Positions 21,944-34,483 of a stretch of DNA of 64,000 nucleotides are shown piece by piece; the first letter of the stretch is position 1, and each line of letters starts with the position of its first letter. Position numbers and translations under genes: made by a program. Below the pieces are notes generated by a model. The model saw nothing but the letters and a program-made list of their open reading frames with translations, was not told the origin of the DNA and ran no database searches. The DNA comes from Macrostomum lignano (lineage: Eukaryota), in the NCBI GenBank assembly GCA_002269645.1, contig NIVC01001693.1, forward strand, positions 66,145 to 130,144. The letters run 5' to 3'.

Positions 21944-24900
21944 ATGCCGTCAATCAGTTTAGCAAAGAATCCAAGCGAAGCTGCATCGCATCTGTCTGGT
22001 TTGACTCATCAGCATCCGGTCAAGCCGCCTCATCATCACTCCGGATCTGGCGGCTATCGCCTGCTAAGCGATTTAAGCGCGATAGACGGCGCCAAGAAGC
22101 AGTGGCACTCGGAGCCGCCGCCAGTTGTGGCCGCCGTTGCCTACCAGCCGCTTGCCGGAGTGCCAACTTATTCGGGCTGCGTCACATCCATACCCTGCGC
22201 TGTCCGGCTCAGGACTGTCGATTCCGGCTGCTGGGAGCATCTGTCTCAGCCGTCTCCATCTCAGGATGACGCGGCTTTGAACTCGTCCAGCTGCTCAGAC
22301 TGGTGGTGGAAACTCGAACCGCTGCCCGGCTGCCGACAGTCCGTCTCCGCCAGCTCCCTGCTGTCCGCTGATGATGAAGAAATCAAATCGGATTCGGTCA
22401 CGGCTGCGCTTGACGAACGGATCGAACAGCTGGTCAGGGCCAGGGCTAGCGGGCTGGCCGCTGACGAGCTGGCGCCCTACGCTGGAGCGGCTAAAACTAT
22501 TCCTTCTGTTCCCGCCGCCGCTGCTCAGCCATTGACCTCTCAGCTGCCACTGTCTGGCGTCGGCTCGTCCAACCTCATGTCGATGCCGATGCATCTGGAA
22601 GGCGTAGAAGAAGAAGAGGAAGCTGAAGTCGAGGATGATGAAGACGACGAGGCGATGCTGACTGCCGCTTATTCGACTAGGGCTAGACTGGTCAAGTCCC
22701 CTGACAATAAAACTAACAATAAGAGGAAATCTCAGTCTAGAAAGCCAGATATCGATCGTGAATGGTGAGCTAATATATTTCGGGAGACGTGCTACTCACT
22801 TTTTGTACCGTTGCTTTCGGCTATGCTTTGCACCTTATGCCTGCGCGCTTCATTGCTGCGCTTCTACTTGTAACCTTATGCGCGCTTACTGTCTGCGCGC
22901 ATCTACCTATGCGCGCTTACTGTCTGCGCGCTTATACCTATGCGCGCGCTTACTGTCTGCGCGCTTCTACCTATGCGCGCGCTTACTGTCTGCGCGCTTC
23001 TACCTATGCGCGCGCTTACTGTCTGCGCGCATCTACCTATGCGCGCGCTTACTGTCTGCGCGCTTACTGTCTGCGCGCTTCTACCTATGCGCGCGCTTAC
23101 TGTCTGCGCGCTTCTACCTATGCGCGCGCTTACTGTCTGCGCGCTTCTACCTATGCGCGCGCTTACTGTCTGCGCGCTTACTGTCTGCGCGCTTACTGTC
23201 TGCGCGCTTCTACCTATGCGCGCGCTTACTGTCTGCGCGCTTCTACCTATGCGCGCTTACTGTCTGCGCGCCTTTACAAATAGCTACCATCTTGTTTAAC
23301 TGCACGCTTTTTTAAATTGCAAGCTACTGCCTACGCGCATTCGCCCTCATGCGCACTGTGTCAGTTCAGCATAGATGCTGGAATATTCGAACCAGCCAAT
23401 TCTCCCCGTCTCCCTCTCCCAGCCCGCCGGGCATCGCCATGGCGGCCTATCCGCAGCCCATCGGCTACGCTGCCGATGTCGCCGGCGTCCGCCTCCTGCC
23501 GGTGCGCCTGCCGGCGCCTGACGAGGCTCGCCGGCGTCACCTACTGGCCGAGCGCTCGGCCGCTGTCGCCGTAGCCACCGCGGACGCCTCGGCCGCCGAC
23601 TTGGCCGCCGGACTGTCGGCCGCCAGTGGCCGGCCGCGCGAACTCGTGCCCTACGCCGGCTGGACTCTGCGCGAAGTTCAACTGGCCGAGTCCGTGGCCG
23701 ACGCCAATGCAAACGACAATGACGATGACGATTATGATGACGATGAGGCGCCGCGCGCGCACCCGGAGCCGGAGCGCTACCAGCCGTTGACGCAGCTGAC
23801 GCCGTACGCTGGCGGCGAGAAAATCTTGCCTGGCATCGCCTATTCGCCTTTTCTGGTGCGTCAGCAGATGCGGACGCCTCGGTGGCAGCGGCGGAGGCGA
23901 CGGCTGAGCATTGTAGAGCGGCCGCTGAGCGATTGTCGCGTTGACGAGGTACCATTTACCATCCTGCAAAATGATCCCCAATCCTTATCCAGCAACTGAT
24001 CCCCAATCCCCATCCTGCAACTGATCCCCAATCCCCATCCTGCAACTGATCCCCAATCCCCATCCTGCAACTGATCCCCAATCCTTATCCAGAAACTGAT
24101 CCCCAATCCTTATCCAGAAACTGATCCCCAATCCTTATCCTGCAACTGATCCCCAATCCCCATCCTTCAACTGATCCCCAATCCTTATCCTGCAACTGAT
24201 CCCCAATCCTTATCCAGCAACTGATCCCCAATCCTTATCCAGCAACTGATCCCCAATCCCCATCCTGCAACTGATCCCCAATCCTTATCCAGCAACTGAT
24301 CCCCAATCCCCATCCTTCAACTGATCCCCAATCCTTATCCTGCAACTGATCCCCGTCCCCATCCTGCAACTGATCCCCAATCCCCATCCTGCAACTGATC
24401 CCCAATCCCCATCCTGCAACTGATCCCCAATCCCCATCCTGCAACTGATCCCCAATCCCCATCCTGCAACTGATCCCCGTCCCCATTCTGCAACTGATCC
24501 CCGTCCCCATTCTGCAACTGATCCCCAATCCCCATCCTGCAACTGATCCCCAATCCCCATCCTGCAACTGATCCCCGTCCCCATTCTGCAACTGATCCCC
24601 GTCCCCATTCTGCAACTGATCCCCAATCCCCATCCTGCAACTGATCCCCAATCCCCATCCTGCAACTGATCCCCAATCCCCATCCTGCAACTGATCCCCG
24701 TCCCCATTCTGCAACTGATCCCCGTCCCGATCCTGCAACTGATCCCCAATCCTTATCCTGCAACTGATCCCCAATCCCCATCCTGCAACTGATCCCCGTC
24801 CCGATCCTGCAACTGATCCCCAATCCTTATCCTGCAACTGATCCCCAATCCCCATCCTGCAACTGATCCCCGTCCCCATTCTGCAACTGATCCCCAATTC

Positions 24901-25454
24901 TCCCACTGCAGGCGGTCCTACTGAATCAGCGAATCTTCATGCTGCTGCCGGACTTGCTGTTCGACGACCTGAAAGACCTGCTGCCCACCGTGATCACTGT
25001 TGATAGCCCTGACGGTCGGGCTCCGCTGCCGCCCAGTCTCTCAGCTTCCTCGTCAAGCGCACCGAAACCGGTTACCATGGCAACGCTGGCCCGGCATAGG
25101 TCGGCCAGGCCGCCGCTATGCGACACGGTGCGCCAGAACGGCATGGAGCTGGCTTTGCTGCGCATTGGGGACGCGGCCTTCGCCTGCGACCTTCGCTGTC
25201 CCCACGCCGGCGGGCCGATGAACTTTGGCCAGCTGGTTAACGACTACAATGGCGACTGTCTGCTGCGCTGTCCGTGGCACGGCTATACGTTTAATCTGTT
25301 TGCCAATGGCGAGATTCACTCGCCCAGTTCTCGCACCGACTTGCGTCTGCGAATGTACCCGGTGGAACGGGACCAGCTGGGCCGCCTGTACATCGGCTAC
25401 GATCAGCTTAGCAAGCTGTGGTTTTCTTATACTCCGGCTGAAGAATTGTTTTAA
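21944..25454 (+). CDS. Predicted ~629-aa protein: low-complexity N-terminus plus C-terminal RFESD-like Rieske [2Fe-2S] domain; exons 21944-22764, 23423-23948, 24912-25454
   Basis: Donor TG|GTGAGC (phase 2), acceptor TCTCCCTCTCCCAG|C, donor GAG|GTACC (phase 0), acceptor CCCACTGCAG|GCG; all phases are compatible. LxPYAG motif is shared by exons 1 and 2. Rieske ligands CPHAGGP...CPWHGYTF resemble human RFESD (CYHSGGP...CPWH). Confidence 0.7.
22878..23272. repeat. 33-bp CpG-rich minisatellite (ATGCGCGCGCTTACTGTCTGCGCGCTTCTACCT) in intron 1 of the Rieske gene
   Basis: Directly visible, with 15-bp subunit variants. Confidence 0.93.
23960..24898. repeat. 25-bp minisatellite (CAACTGATCCCCAATCCCCATCCTG) filling intron 2 of the Rieske gene
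   Basis: Directly visible. Confidence 0.96.
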
Positions 25455-25545
25455 AACTGCGGCCTCCTTGGCGCTTTGTTTGTGTCCTTTGTCAAATGGG
25501 AACTTTTATAGCATTCCCCAGGACTCTTGCTTCTGCGTCACCGTT

Positions 25546-26297
25546 AGATGACACCTCCAGCTTCATCTCTGGATGATGGTCCTCCAGCTTTATCTCTGGA
25601 TGATGGTTCTCCAGCTTCATCTCTGGATGATGATCCTCCAGCTTCATCTCTGGATAATGGCTCTCCAGCTTCATCTCTGGATAATGGCTCTCCAGCTTCA
25701 TCTCTTGATGATGATTCCCCAGCTTCATCTCTTGATGATGATTCCCCAGCTTCATCCCTGGATAATTATATCCTCCAGCTTCATCTCTGGATGATGGTCC
25801 TCCAGCTTCATCTCTGGATGATGGTCCTACAGCTTCATCTCTGGATGATGGTCCTCCAGCTTCATCTCTAGATGATGGTTCTCCAGCTTCATCTCTTGAT
25901 GATGATTCTGGAGCTTCATCTCTGGATGATGATTCTGGAGCTTCATCTCTGGATGATGATCCTCCAGCTTCATCTCTGGATAATGAATGGCTCTCCAGCT
26001 TCATCTCTGCAGATAGTGGCTCTCCAGCTTCATCTCTGGATAATGGCTCTCCAGCTTCATCCCTGGATAATTATCCTCCGGCTTCATCTTTGATGATGGT
26101 CCTACAGCTTCATCTCTGGATGATTATTCTCCAGCTTCATCTCTAGAATATGATTCTCAGGTTCATCTCTGGACGATGATTCTCCAGCTTCATCTCTGGG
26201 TGATGGTTCTCCAGCTTTATCTCTGGATGATGGTTCTCCAGCTTCATCTCTGGATGATGATTCTCAAGCTTCATCTCTGGATGATGATCCTCCAGCA
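25546..26297. repeat. 27-bp minisatellite (CTCCAGCTTCATCTCTGGATGATGGTC) downstream of the Rieske stop codon
   Basis: Directly visible. Confidence 0.95.
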
Positions 26298-27081
26298 TTA
26301 CGCTTAATTTGCCAAATATTTTAACAGTTTATAGCATTATACTTTGCTTTTTGTGTGCATTTCTATTTCAAAATCTTTATTAGCCTGCGAAAGCTTCAAA
26401 AAAGTAACTTAGCATTTTTATGTATATTCTTTGTCGCCTACTGTAGTCTATTGTTTACATTAAATTTGCTTTTTGTCATTCAAAACATTGGTGCAATTTT
26501 TACAATTATCTCAATATATTTGAGTCATTTTCCTACTTTAAGTAGTTAATAAAGTTGCCGATTTGTTTGTTAGTTTGTAATATTCTTTGTTACATTAAAA
26601 GAACTTGCCTATTCGCTGTTTGAAATTGTTTCTATACATGTCGGTTTAGCCGACATCTCTAGTTTATTATTAGCAATTTTCATGATCTCATATTTTATTT
26701 CTGACATTTCTCGTCCTACTAACTACTTAAATTGCGTATCAAGTAGGAAATTACGAGTGGCCTTGTCATAAAAAGAATTAATTCATTATTTTCATTGCAA
26801 TATTTGTAGTGAAATATTTGTAATCTGCAATAATCAAGTGGCATTTTTAACCACCCTGCGCTGTTTTCTATACATTACTTTGCGTTTATTTTTATCTCAT
26901 TTTTCTATCGATGCAGCCATTTCTGCCAAAGTAAAAAGTCTGATAGGTTTGCTAATAGGCTAAAAAATTAATTTTACTATGCCAACATTGCCTTTCATTT
27001 CAGCCTCAGTTTGAACTAATCCAAGTAGTTAATCGAGGACAAAGATTCGATTCAGACACCCGCATTTAACTTTTATCGGCC

Positions 27082-30000
27082 ATGTTCGGCGGCACTTCTA
27101 GCGGCTCCGCCTTCAACTTCGGCGCCAGCGCGGCGCCTGCCGCTGCTACAACATCTGCGTTCAGCTTCCCAACCGCTGCCACCACGGCCACATCCGGTTT
27201 TGGATTTTCCGCACCTGCCGCCACGACTGCCACTTCCGGTTTCGGATTTGCCGCTCCGGCCGCCTCTACGGCCACTTCCGGTTTCGGATTTGCCGCTCCG
27301 GCCGCCTCTACGGCCCCTTCCGGTTTCGGATTTGCCGCTCCGGCCGCCTCTACGGCCACTTCCGGTTTCGGATTTGCCGCACCGTCCGCCTCTACGGCCA
27401 CTTCCGGTTTCGGATTTGCCGCACCGTCCGCCTCTACGGCCACTTCCGGTTTTGGATTTGCCGCACCGTCCGCCTCTACGGCCACTTCCGGTTTCGGATT
27501 TGCCGCACCGGCCGCCTCTACGGCCACTTCCGGTTTCGGATTTGCCGCACCGGCCGCCTCTGCTGCCACTTCCGGTTTCGCGTTCCCCGCTCCGGCGGGC
27601 GGCGCCGCAACTTCGGCACCATTTGGATTTGGCAAACCGGCCGGCGCCGCCGTCTCTTCCGCCGCCTCATTTGGCGCCGGATTTGGCGCGGCCGGTAAGC
27701 TCACGCTTGGCGCCTTTGGCCAGACTGCCGGAGTTGCTACGTCGGCTGCGGCCTCCGCCGCGAGCAGCGTGGCTTTCTTTGCTAGTCTGACTCAGCCGGC
27801 GCTGTTTCCTGACGAGCGGGACTCCGTGCTGGCCCGGTGGAATCAACTGCAGGTGTGATTTATCTGCGCTACCGGAAGTTGATGTACAATTCTGACCAAC
27901 TGTCTTGACGAACCCTTTGACCGGAAGCTAATTTCCAGCTCATCTTAATAACCTGAAGCTGTATTAACAAGCTTCCCAATAACCGGAAGCTAGATTGACA
28001 GACATCCCAATGACCGGAAGCTAGATTGACAGACATTCCAATAACCGGAAGCTAGATTTACAAGGATCCCAATGACCAGAAGCTAGATTGACAGACATCC
28101 CAATGACCGGAAGCTAGATTGACATACATCCCAATGATTGGAAGCTAGATTGACAGATATCCCAATAACCGGAAGCTAGATTTACAAGGATCCCAATGAC
28201 CGAAAGCTACATTTAAAAGAATCCGGAAGCTAGATTGACAGACATCCCAATGACCGGAAGCTAGATTGACAGATATCCCAATAACCGGAAGCTAGTTTAC
28301 AAGGATCCCAATGACCGGAAGCTACATTTAAAAGCATCCCAATAACCGGAAGCTAGATTGACAGACATCCCAATGACCGGAAGCTAGATTGACAAGCATC
28401 CCAATGACCGGAAGCTAGATTGACAGATATCCCAATAACCGGAAGCTAGATTTACAAGGATCCCAATGACCGGAAGCTACATTTAAAAGAATCCCAATAG
28501 CCGGAAGCTAGATTGACAGACATCCCAATGACCGGAAGCTAGATTTACAAGGATCCCAATGACCGGAAGCTAGATTTACAAGGATCCCAATGACCGGAAG
28601 CTAGATTGGCAAGCATCCCAATGACCGGAAGCTAGATTGACAAGCATTCCAATGACCGGAAGCTATGTTGCCAAACATCCCAATGACCGGAAGCTATGTT
28701 GCCAAACATCCCAATGACCGGAAGCTATGTTGCCAAACATCCCAATGACCGGAAGCTATGTTGCCAAACATCCCAATGACCGGAAGCTATGTTGCCAAAC
28801 ATCCCAATGACCGGAAGCTAGATTGGCAAGCCATTCGCATAAAATTAACAACCAAAATGTGTAAAATCCCCACTACAGGAAGTTGTCCCCATACTCGCAC
28901 CCTCCGCAGGCGCAGTGGGGCGCCGGCAAAGGTTTTTGCTCGCAGGGCCCCGTGGAGTACCAGCCGGGAAACCCGTTCTGCCGGCTGAAATCCGTCTGCT
29001 ACAACGCCCTGCCAGCCGCCAAAGATGAGGACGGCCTGGTCGGCCTGACGGTGACCAAAGCGGCCACCGAGATTGCCGAGACCGGCGTCAAGGACGCGCT
29101 ATTTCGGTTGCTAGGCAACAAGCCCAATTTGACGCCGCATATTGAAGAGATTCGAGCGCTGGGCGAGAAGCTCTGCCAGTTGGTGGTGTACATTCGCGAG
29201 CAGCTGCCGACTGGCGGCGCCAGGCGGATTCTCAGCACCGAGCTGGCTGCCTATCTGTCCCAGCCAATGAACAAACAGCAGCTGTCTACTCAACTGCAGG
29301 TCACCGCTGTGCAGGCTCTGGTAAGCGACTCTGATGCTTTTCTAATAATAACAATGTTTACAGCTTAAGGATCGGCCAATAATCTGCTTCAAATCGCCCA
29401 AAACTTATCCCAACCCGCCTCTGACAATCGCTTCAAACCCCTGACAATCGCATTCAAACCCCTGACAATCGCTTCAAACCCCTGACAATCGCTTCAAACC
29501 CCTGACAATCGCTTCAAACCCCTGACAATCGCTTCAAACCCCTGACAATCGCTTCAAACCCCTGACAATCGCTTCAAACCCCTGACAATCGCTTCAAACC
29601 CCTGACAATCGCATTCAAACCCCTGACAATCGCTTTAAACTCCTGACAATCGCTTCAAACTCCTGACAATCGCATTCAAACCCCTGACAATCGCTTCAAA
29701 CCCCTGACAATCGCTTCAAACCCCTGACAATCGCTTCAAACCCCTGACAATCGCATTCAAACCCCTGACAATCGCTTCAAACCCCTGACAATCGCTTCAA
29801 ACCCGCCCATGACAATCGCTTTAAACACGCCCCTGACAATCGCATTCAAACCCCTGACAATCACATTCAAACCCCTGACAATCGCTTCAAACCCCTGACA
29901 ATCGCTTCAAACCCCTGACAATCACATTCAAACCCCTGACAATCGCATTCAAACCCCTGACAATCGCATTCAAACCCCTGACAATCGCATTCAAACCTCC

Positions 30001-30741
30001 AAGAGTCGCTTCATGCCCGCCTTTGACAGCGCCTGTCCCTAACCTAAGCCTAAGCCTAACCCGCCCCCATCGCTGCAGACGCGGCCCAGCCGGGACCAGC
30101 TGACGCAGTACCTGGACCGTCCAGCGGCCGGCGTACCGCTGATGGTGTGGCAGCAGGCCAGGCGCGAGAACCCCGACCCGGAGTCGCTCCTGCCGGTGCC
30201 TCTGGTCGGCCTGGAGCAGGCGCAGGCCCGAATGTCCGCACAGCGAGCCCAGTGCCAGGCCCAGCAACGGTTGCTAGGGACGCTGGCAGCCCGTTGCGAA
30301 CGGCTGCGGGTTGAACAGGCGGCCTCGTCCGCTCGCCTGGACGCGGCCAAGCGCCGCCAGCTGGAGCTCGGCCGCCGGGCCGTCCGCCTGCTGTGCCGCC
30401 AGGAGTCGGCCAGGCGGCCGGGCCAGACTCTGCTGCCCAGGGAGGAGCAGCTCCGGTCCGCTGTTGAGCAACTGCTCACCCAGCTGCCCACTGGCCGGCT
30501 GCGCGAGCTCGCCAGCCAGGTGAAACTCGGCGTCCGCCCGGCCGATCGGGACTCCGCCGGCGGCGGCTCGGCGCCTGTTGCCGTCTCCGCCTCGTCGTCA
30601 GGCGGCCTGCTATTGGATGCCCCCAGTCTCGATGCCGTGATGACTCACCTGGCTGGGCAGCATCGCTCCGTTGGCGAGCTGGTCCGCCTGACCAACGTTC
30701 TGGCTCGCGATCTGGACACTGTGCAGGCCGGACTTGGTTGA
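27082..30741 (+). CDS. NUP54: Nucleoporin Nup54; exons 27082-27852, 28910-29320, 30079-30741 (~614 aa)
   Basis: FG-repeat N-terminus; DERDSVLARWNQLQ|AQWGAGKG matches human DERDAILAKWNQLQAFWGTGKG; NPFCRLK, KDEDGLV, VWQQARRENPDPESLLPVPLVG. Phase-0 GT-AG introns. Confidence 0.96.
27925..28830. repeat. ~31-bp minisatellite (CCGGAAGCTAGATTGACAGACATCCCAATGA) in NUP54 intron 1
   Basis: Directly visible. Confidence 0.95.
29422..29997. repeat. 20/21-bp minisatellite (CAAACCCCTGACAATCGCTT) in NUP54 intron 2
   Basis: Directly visible. Confidence 0.95.
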
Positions 30742-30777
30742 CTGAAGCATCTCTTCACCAATCTCTCACTTACCGTA

Positions 30778-31010
30778 GAATCCGCATAGCAACTAAAGCA
30801 ATCCGCATAGCAACTAGAGCCCTAGAATCCGCATAGCAACTGAGCAATTCGCATAGCAACTGAGCAATACGCATAGCAACTAGAGCCCTAGAATCCGCAA
30901 AGCAACTAGAGCAATACGCAAGCAACTAGAGCCCTAGAATCCGCATAGCAACTGGAGCCTTAGAATCCGCATAGCAGCTAGAGCCCTATAATCCGCATAG
31001 CAACTAGAGG
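30778..31010. repeat. Degenerate ~26-bp repeat (GAATCCGCATAGCAACTAGAGCCCTA) just after the NUP54 stop
   Basis: Directly visible, with variable unit length. Confidence 0.85.
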
Positions 31011-31764
31011 CCATAGTAACAAAGATATTAAGGAAAGTTTAAAGTACTAAAATACCTGTACAGAAATTGAACATTGATTCTTGCGTTGTATGGTTGTTTT
31101 TGCTTTCTCGGGCTAACAATTTCCGTCATATTATGTGTTCCCTGCGTGGGTTGCGTGGAATTCGATTCAATAGTCACACTGGGAGCATATTGTTGCGCAA
31201 ATATATATTTTTAACTGTCGTTTCATTGCCGATTCGCTTAGTGAATAATCATCAAAACAAATATAAGTTTATACTTACACAGTGCAACAAACATGAAACC
31301 AGCCTTCGGTCAGTGCATTTTGAGTTCTACCAAAAATTCAAAAAACTAGTTTTTCGCTTAGAATATTCAGTGCTAGTTTTTTTATTTCGTAAAATTTAGC
31401 TTGATAAAAAATGTCTATCATACTACTAATCGAAGAATGCAAAGCGCGTTTAACTCAATGAACTAAATACTTGCATTATAAGGACATGTAAATTTGCTTA
31501 TGTTATTCTGTCATTGCTGTTTATGGCTTGATATTTTATATTTGATGTTATTATATGTAAACTTAAAGTTTGGCGCAAATTGAAGAAAAAACTATAAAAG
31601 TTACATGTATTACACAACATATCGGCATACTAAAATTATGCAGCAAGTATTGTATTTTAGCGAAATAAAAGCCTGCTGCAGCTACTGTGAAGAGAAAAAA
31701 AATTGTTCCCCGTGCAATGCTCAGCGTTTAATTAGGATTTAAACATTTTTGAAAAAATAAATCT

Positions 31765-31846
31765 CGACGAGGATGGGATTCGAACCCACGCGGGGAAACC
31801 CCAATGGATTAGCAGTCCATCGCCATAACCACTCGGCCACCTCGTC
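31765..31846 (-). tRNA. tRNA-Ser (anticodon GCT)
   Basis: GACGAGGTGGCCGAGTGGTTATGGCGATGGACTGCTAATCCATTGGGGTTTCCCCGCGTGGGTTCGAATCCCATCCTCGTCG, 82 nt, long variable arm, near-identical to the metazoan Ser-GCT consensus; oligo-T Pol III terminator downstream. Confidence 0.97.
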
Positions 31847-32329
31847 TGCTAGTTGAAGGCTCTAAACGCTTATTTTAAACGCATTTTTGTTTAAAAAAAA
31901 TGTGCAGCTGTGCAAGCAGTGAAAAATTACTTAATACTTTTTAGTTCCGTTTAAAATACATACAATTAGACGGGGTATAACGTATACGTAAGTTTACCAC
32001 AAATTTTGTGCATTGCACTTGTAAAGTCAGGATCCACTACATGTATAGACTTCAATTCAAGTTGAACGATTTGATTGCGTATGCTTATAGAAGTTGAGCT
32101 CATTCAAGCACTTTGACTTAGTTTTAATAACTGTTACTAACCAACCAAATGGGAAACTACGCCTGGGGTCAAATGACAAAATTAAAGCAGACGGATGGCA
32201 GATAGAAAAGGTATACAGTTGAATAGATACCAGAGAAAGTAGATAAATCACACAGAAAGTAGACAGATCCCAGAGGGTAGATACATACCACAGAAGGTAG
32301 AGAGATCTCACAGGATGTAAATCTGTAGA

Positions 32330-33785
32330 TCTGTAGATCTGTAGACCTTCTGTAGATCTCTCAGAAGGTACATAGAGCTCACAGGAGGTAGATAGATCTC
32401 TCAGGAGGTAGATAGATCTCTCAGGAGGTAGATAGATCTCAAAGAAGGTACATAGATCTCACAGAAGGTAGATAGATCTCAAAGGAGTTAGATAGATCTC
32501 ACATAAAGTAGATAGATCTCACAGGAGGTAGATAGATCTCACAGGAGTCAGATAGAACTCACAGGAGTCAGATAGATCTCACAGGAGGTAGATAGATCTC
32601 ACATAAAGTAGATAGATCTCACAGGAGGTAGATAGATCTCACAGGAGGTAGATAGATCTCACAGGAGTCAGATAGATCTCACAGGAGGTAGATAGATCTC
32701 ACAGGAGTCAGATAGAACTCACATGAGGTAGATAGATCCCTACAGGAGGTAGATAGATCTCACAGAAAGTAGATAGATCTCACAGGAGGTAGATAGATCT
32801 CACAGGAGGTAGATAGATCTCACAGGAGTCAGATAGATCTTACAGGAGGTAGATAGATCTCACATAAAGTAGATAGATCTCACAGGAGGTAGATAGATCT
32901 CATATAAAGTAGATAGATCTCACAGGAGGTAGATAGATCTCACAGGAGGTAGAAAGATCTCATATAAAGTAGATAGATCTCACAGGAGGTAGATAGATCT
33001 CACAAGAGGTAGATAGATCTCACAGGAGGTAGATAGATCTCACAGGAGGTAGATAGATCTCACAGGAGTCAGATAGATCTCACAGGAGGTAGATAGATCT
33101 CACAGGAGGTAGATAGATCTCACAGGAGGTAGATAGATCTCACAGGAGGTAGATAGATCTCACAGGAGGTAGATAGATCTCACAGGAGGTAGATAGATCT
33201 CACAGGATTCATATAGATCTCACAGGAGGTAGATAGATCTCACAGAAGGTAGATAGATCTCACAGGAGGTAGATAGATCTCACAGGAGTCAGATAGATCT
33301 CACAGGAGGTAGATAGATCTCACATAAAGTAGATAGATCTCACAGGAGGTAGATAGATCTCATATAAAGTAGATAGATCTCACAGGAGGTAGATAGATCT
33401 CACAGGAGGTAGAAAGATCTCATATAAAGTAGATAGATCTCACAGGAGGTAGATAGATCTCACAAGAGGTAGATAGATCTCACAGGAGGTAGATAGATCT
33501 CACAGGAGGTAGATAGATCTCACAGGAGTCAGATAGATCTCACAGGAGGTAGATAGATCTCACAGGAGGTAGATAGATCTCACAGGAGGTAGATAGATCT
33601 CACAGGAGGTAGATAGATCTCACAGGAGGTAGATAGATCTCACAGGAGGTAGATAGATCTCACAGGATTCATATAGATCTCACAGGAGGTAGATAGATCT
33701 CACAGGAGGTAGATAGATCTCACAGGAGGTAGATAGATCTCACAGGAGGTAGATAGATCTCACAGAAGGTAGATAGATCCCACAG
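32330..33785. repeat. 20-bp minisatellite (GATAGATCTCACAGGAGGTA), about 72 copies
   Basis: Directly visible. Confidence 0.97.
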
Positions 33786-34483
33786 ATGTTAAACAAACAG
33801 AAGGACATTATGGAAGGCAGAAGGATGCAAATAATTAAATTGTAAGGGAGACAATGAGGTTTTGGATCAATAAACGTGTCAGTAAATAAGAAATACAAGC
33901 AACAATATGGATACAGATTTATATATTTCCGTACAAATCCTGAACACTTGGTCAGATAAGGTAATCAAGGATTCAACAAAAGTAGAGCACACTGAATTTA
34001 AACGGGGCAGGACAATATAAGAAGCTCAAAAACAGTAAACGTCGCGCTTGAGAAATTTACACTAAACAACACTAAGATTGAAAAACCAACAAAATCGCTG
34101 ACACATTCGCATATGTGCAAAGCAAATATATAATCGGCTCCCTACAGTATATCGACGTGAAAATAGAACAAATTTGCAATATGCATGCAAGCTACTGGCA
34201 CTAAGTAGGCTGTAGCGGAAATGGCGACTAAAAATTAGGAATAATAAGAAACTCTGAGAGACAAGCCGCTGCCTAAGCTCGATTAACTTGGGAGGTGAGG
34301 GATACAAAAAATAAGCGGAGAGGCAGCTTTTAGGGCTGAACTTCGATGCTCGGATGGTATTGAAAACAGAAACAAAAATATGGGATACGGCTGGCCGAAT
34401 CTTCCTGAAAATTGTATGGAGGAAATACATGCAGGTTTTTCAGATATGATAGTTTGTGGAAGAGCAGTCTGAACTGAGGATTT

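Noticed and set aside
27066-27790. Overlapping ORFs 27066-27704 (-) and 27200-27790 (+), and the antisense ORFs over ZC3H10 and the Rieske gene
   Set aside because: Shadow frames of GC-rich or repetitive real exons.
30037-30060. Telomere-like CCTAAC/CCTAAG run (also near 60333-60366)
   Set aside because: Only 3-4 imperfect units; the first doubles as the branch-point region of NUP54 intron 2.
31765-31846. Functional link between tRNA-Ser(GCT) and the nearby SerRS gene
   Set aside because: The synthetase is mitochondrial-type and the tRNA is cytosolic; proximity is most likely chance.
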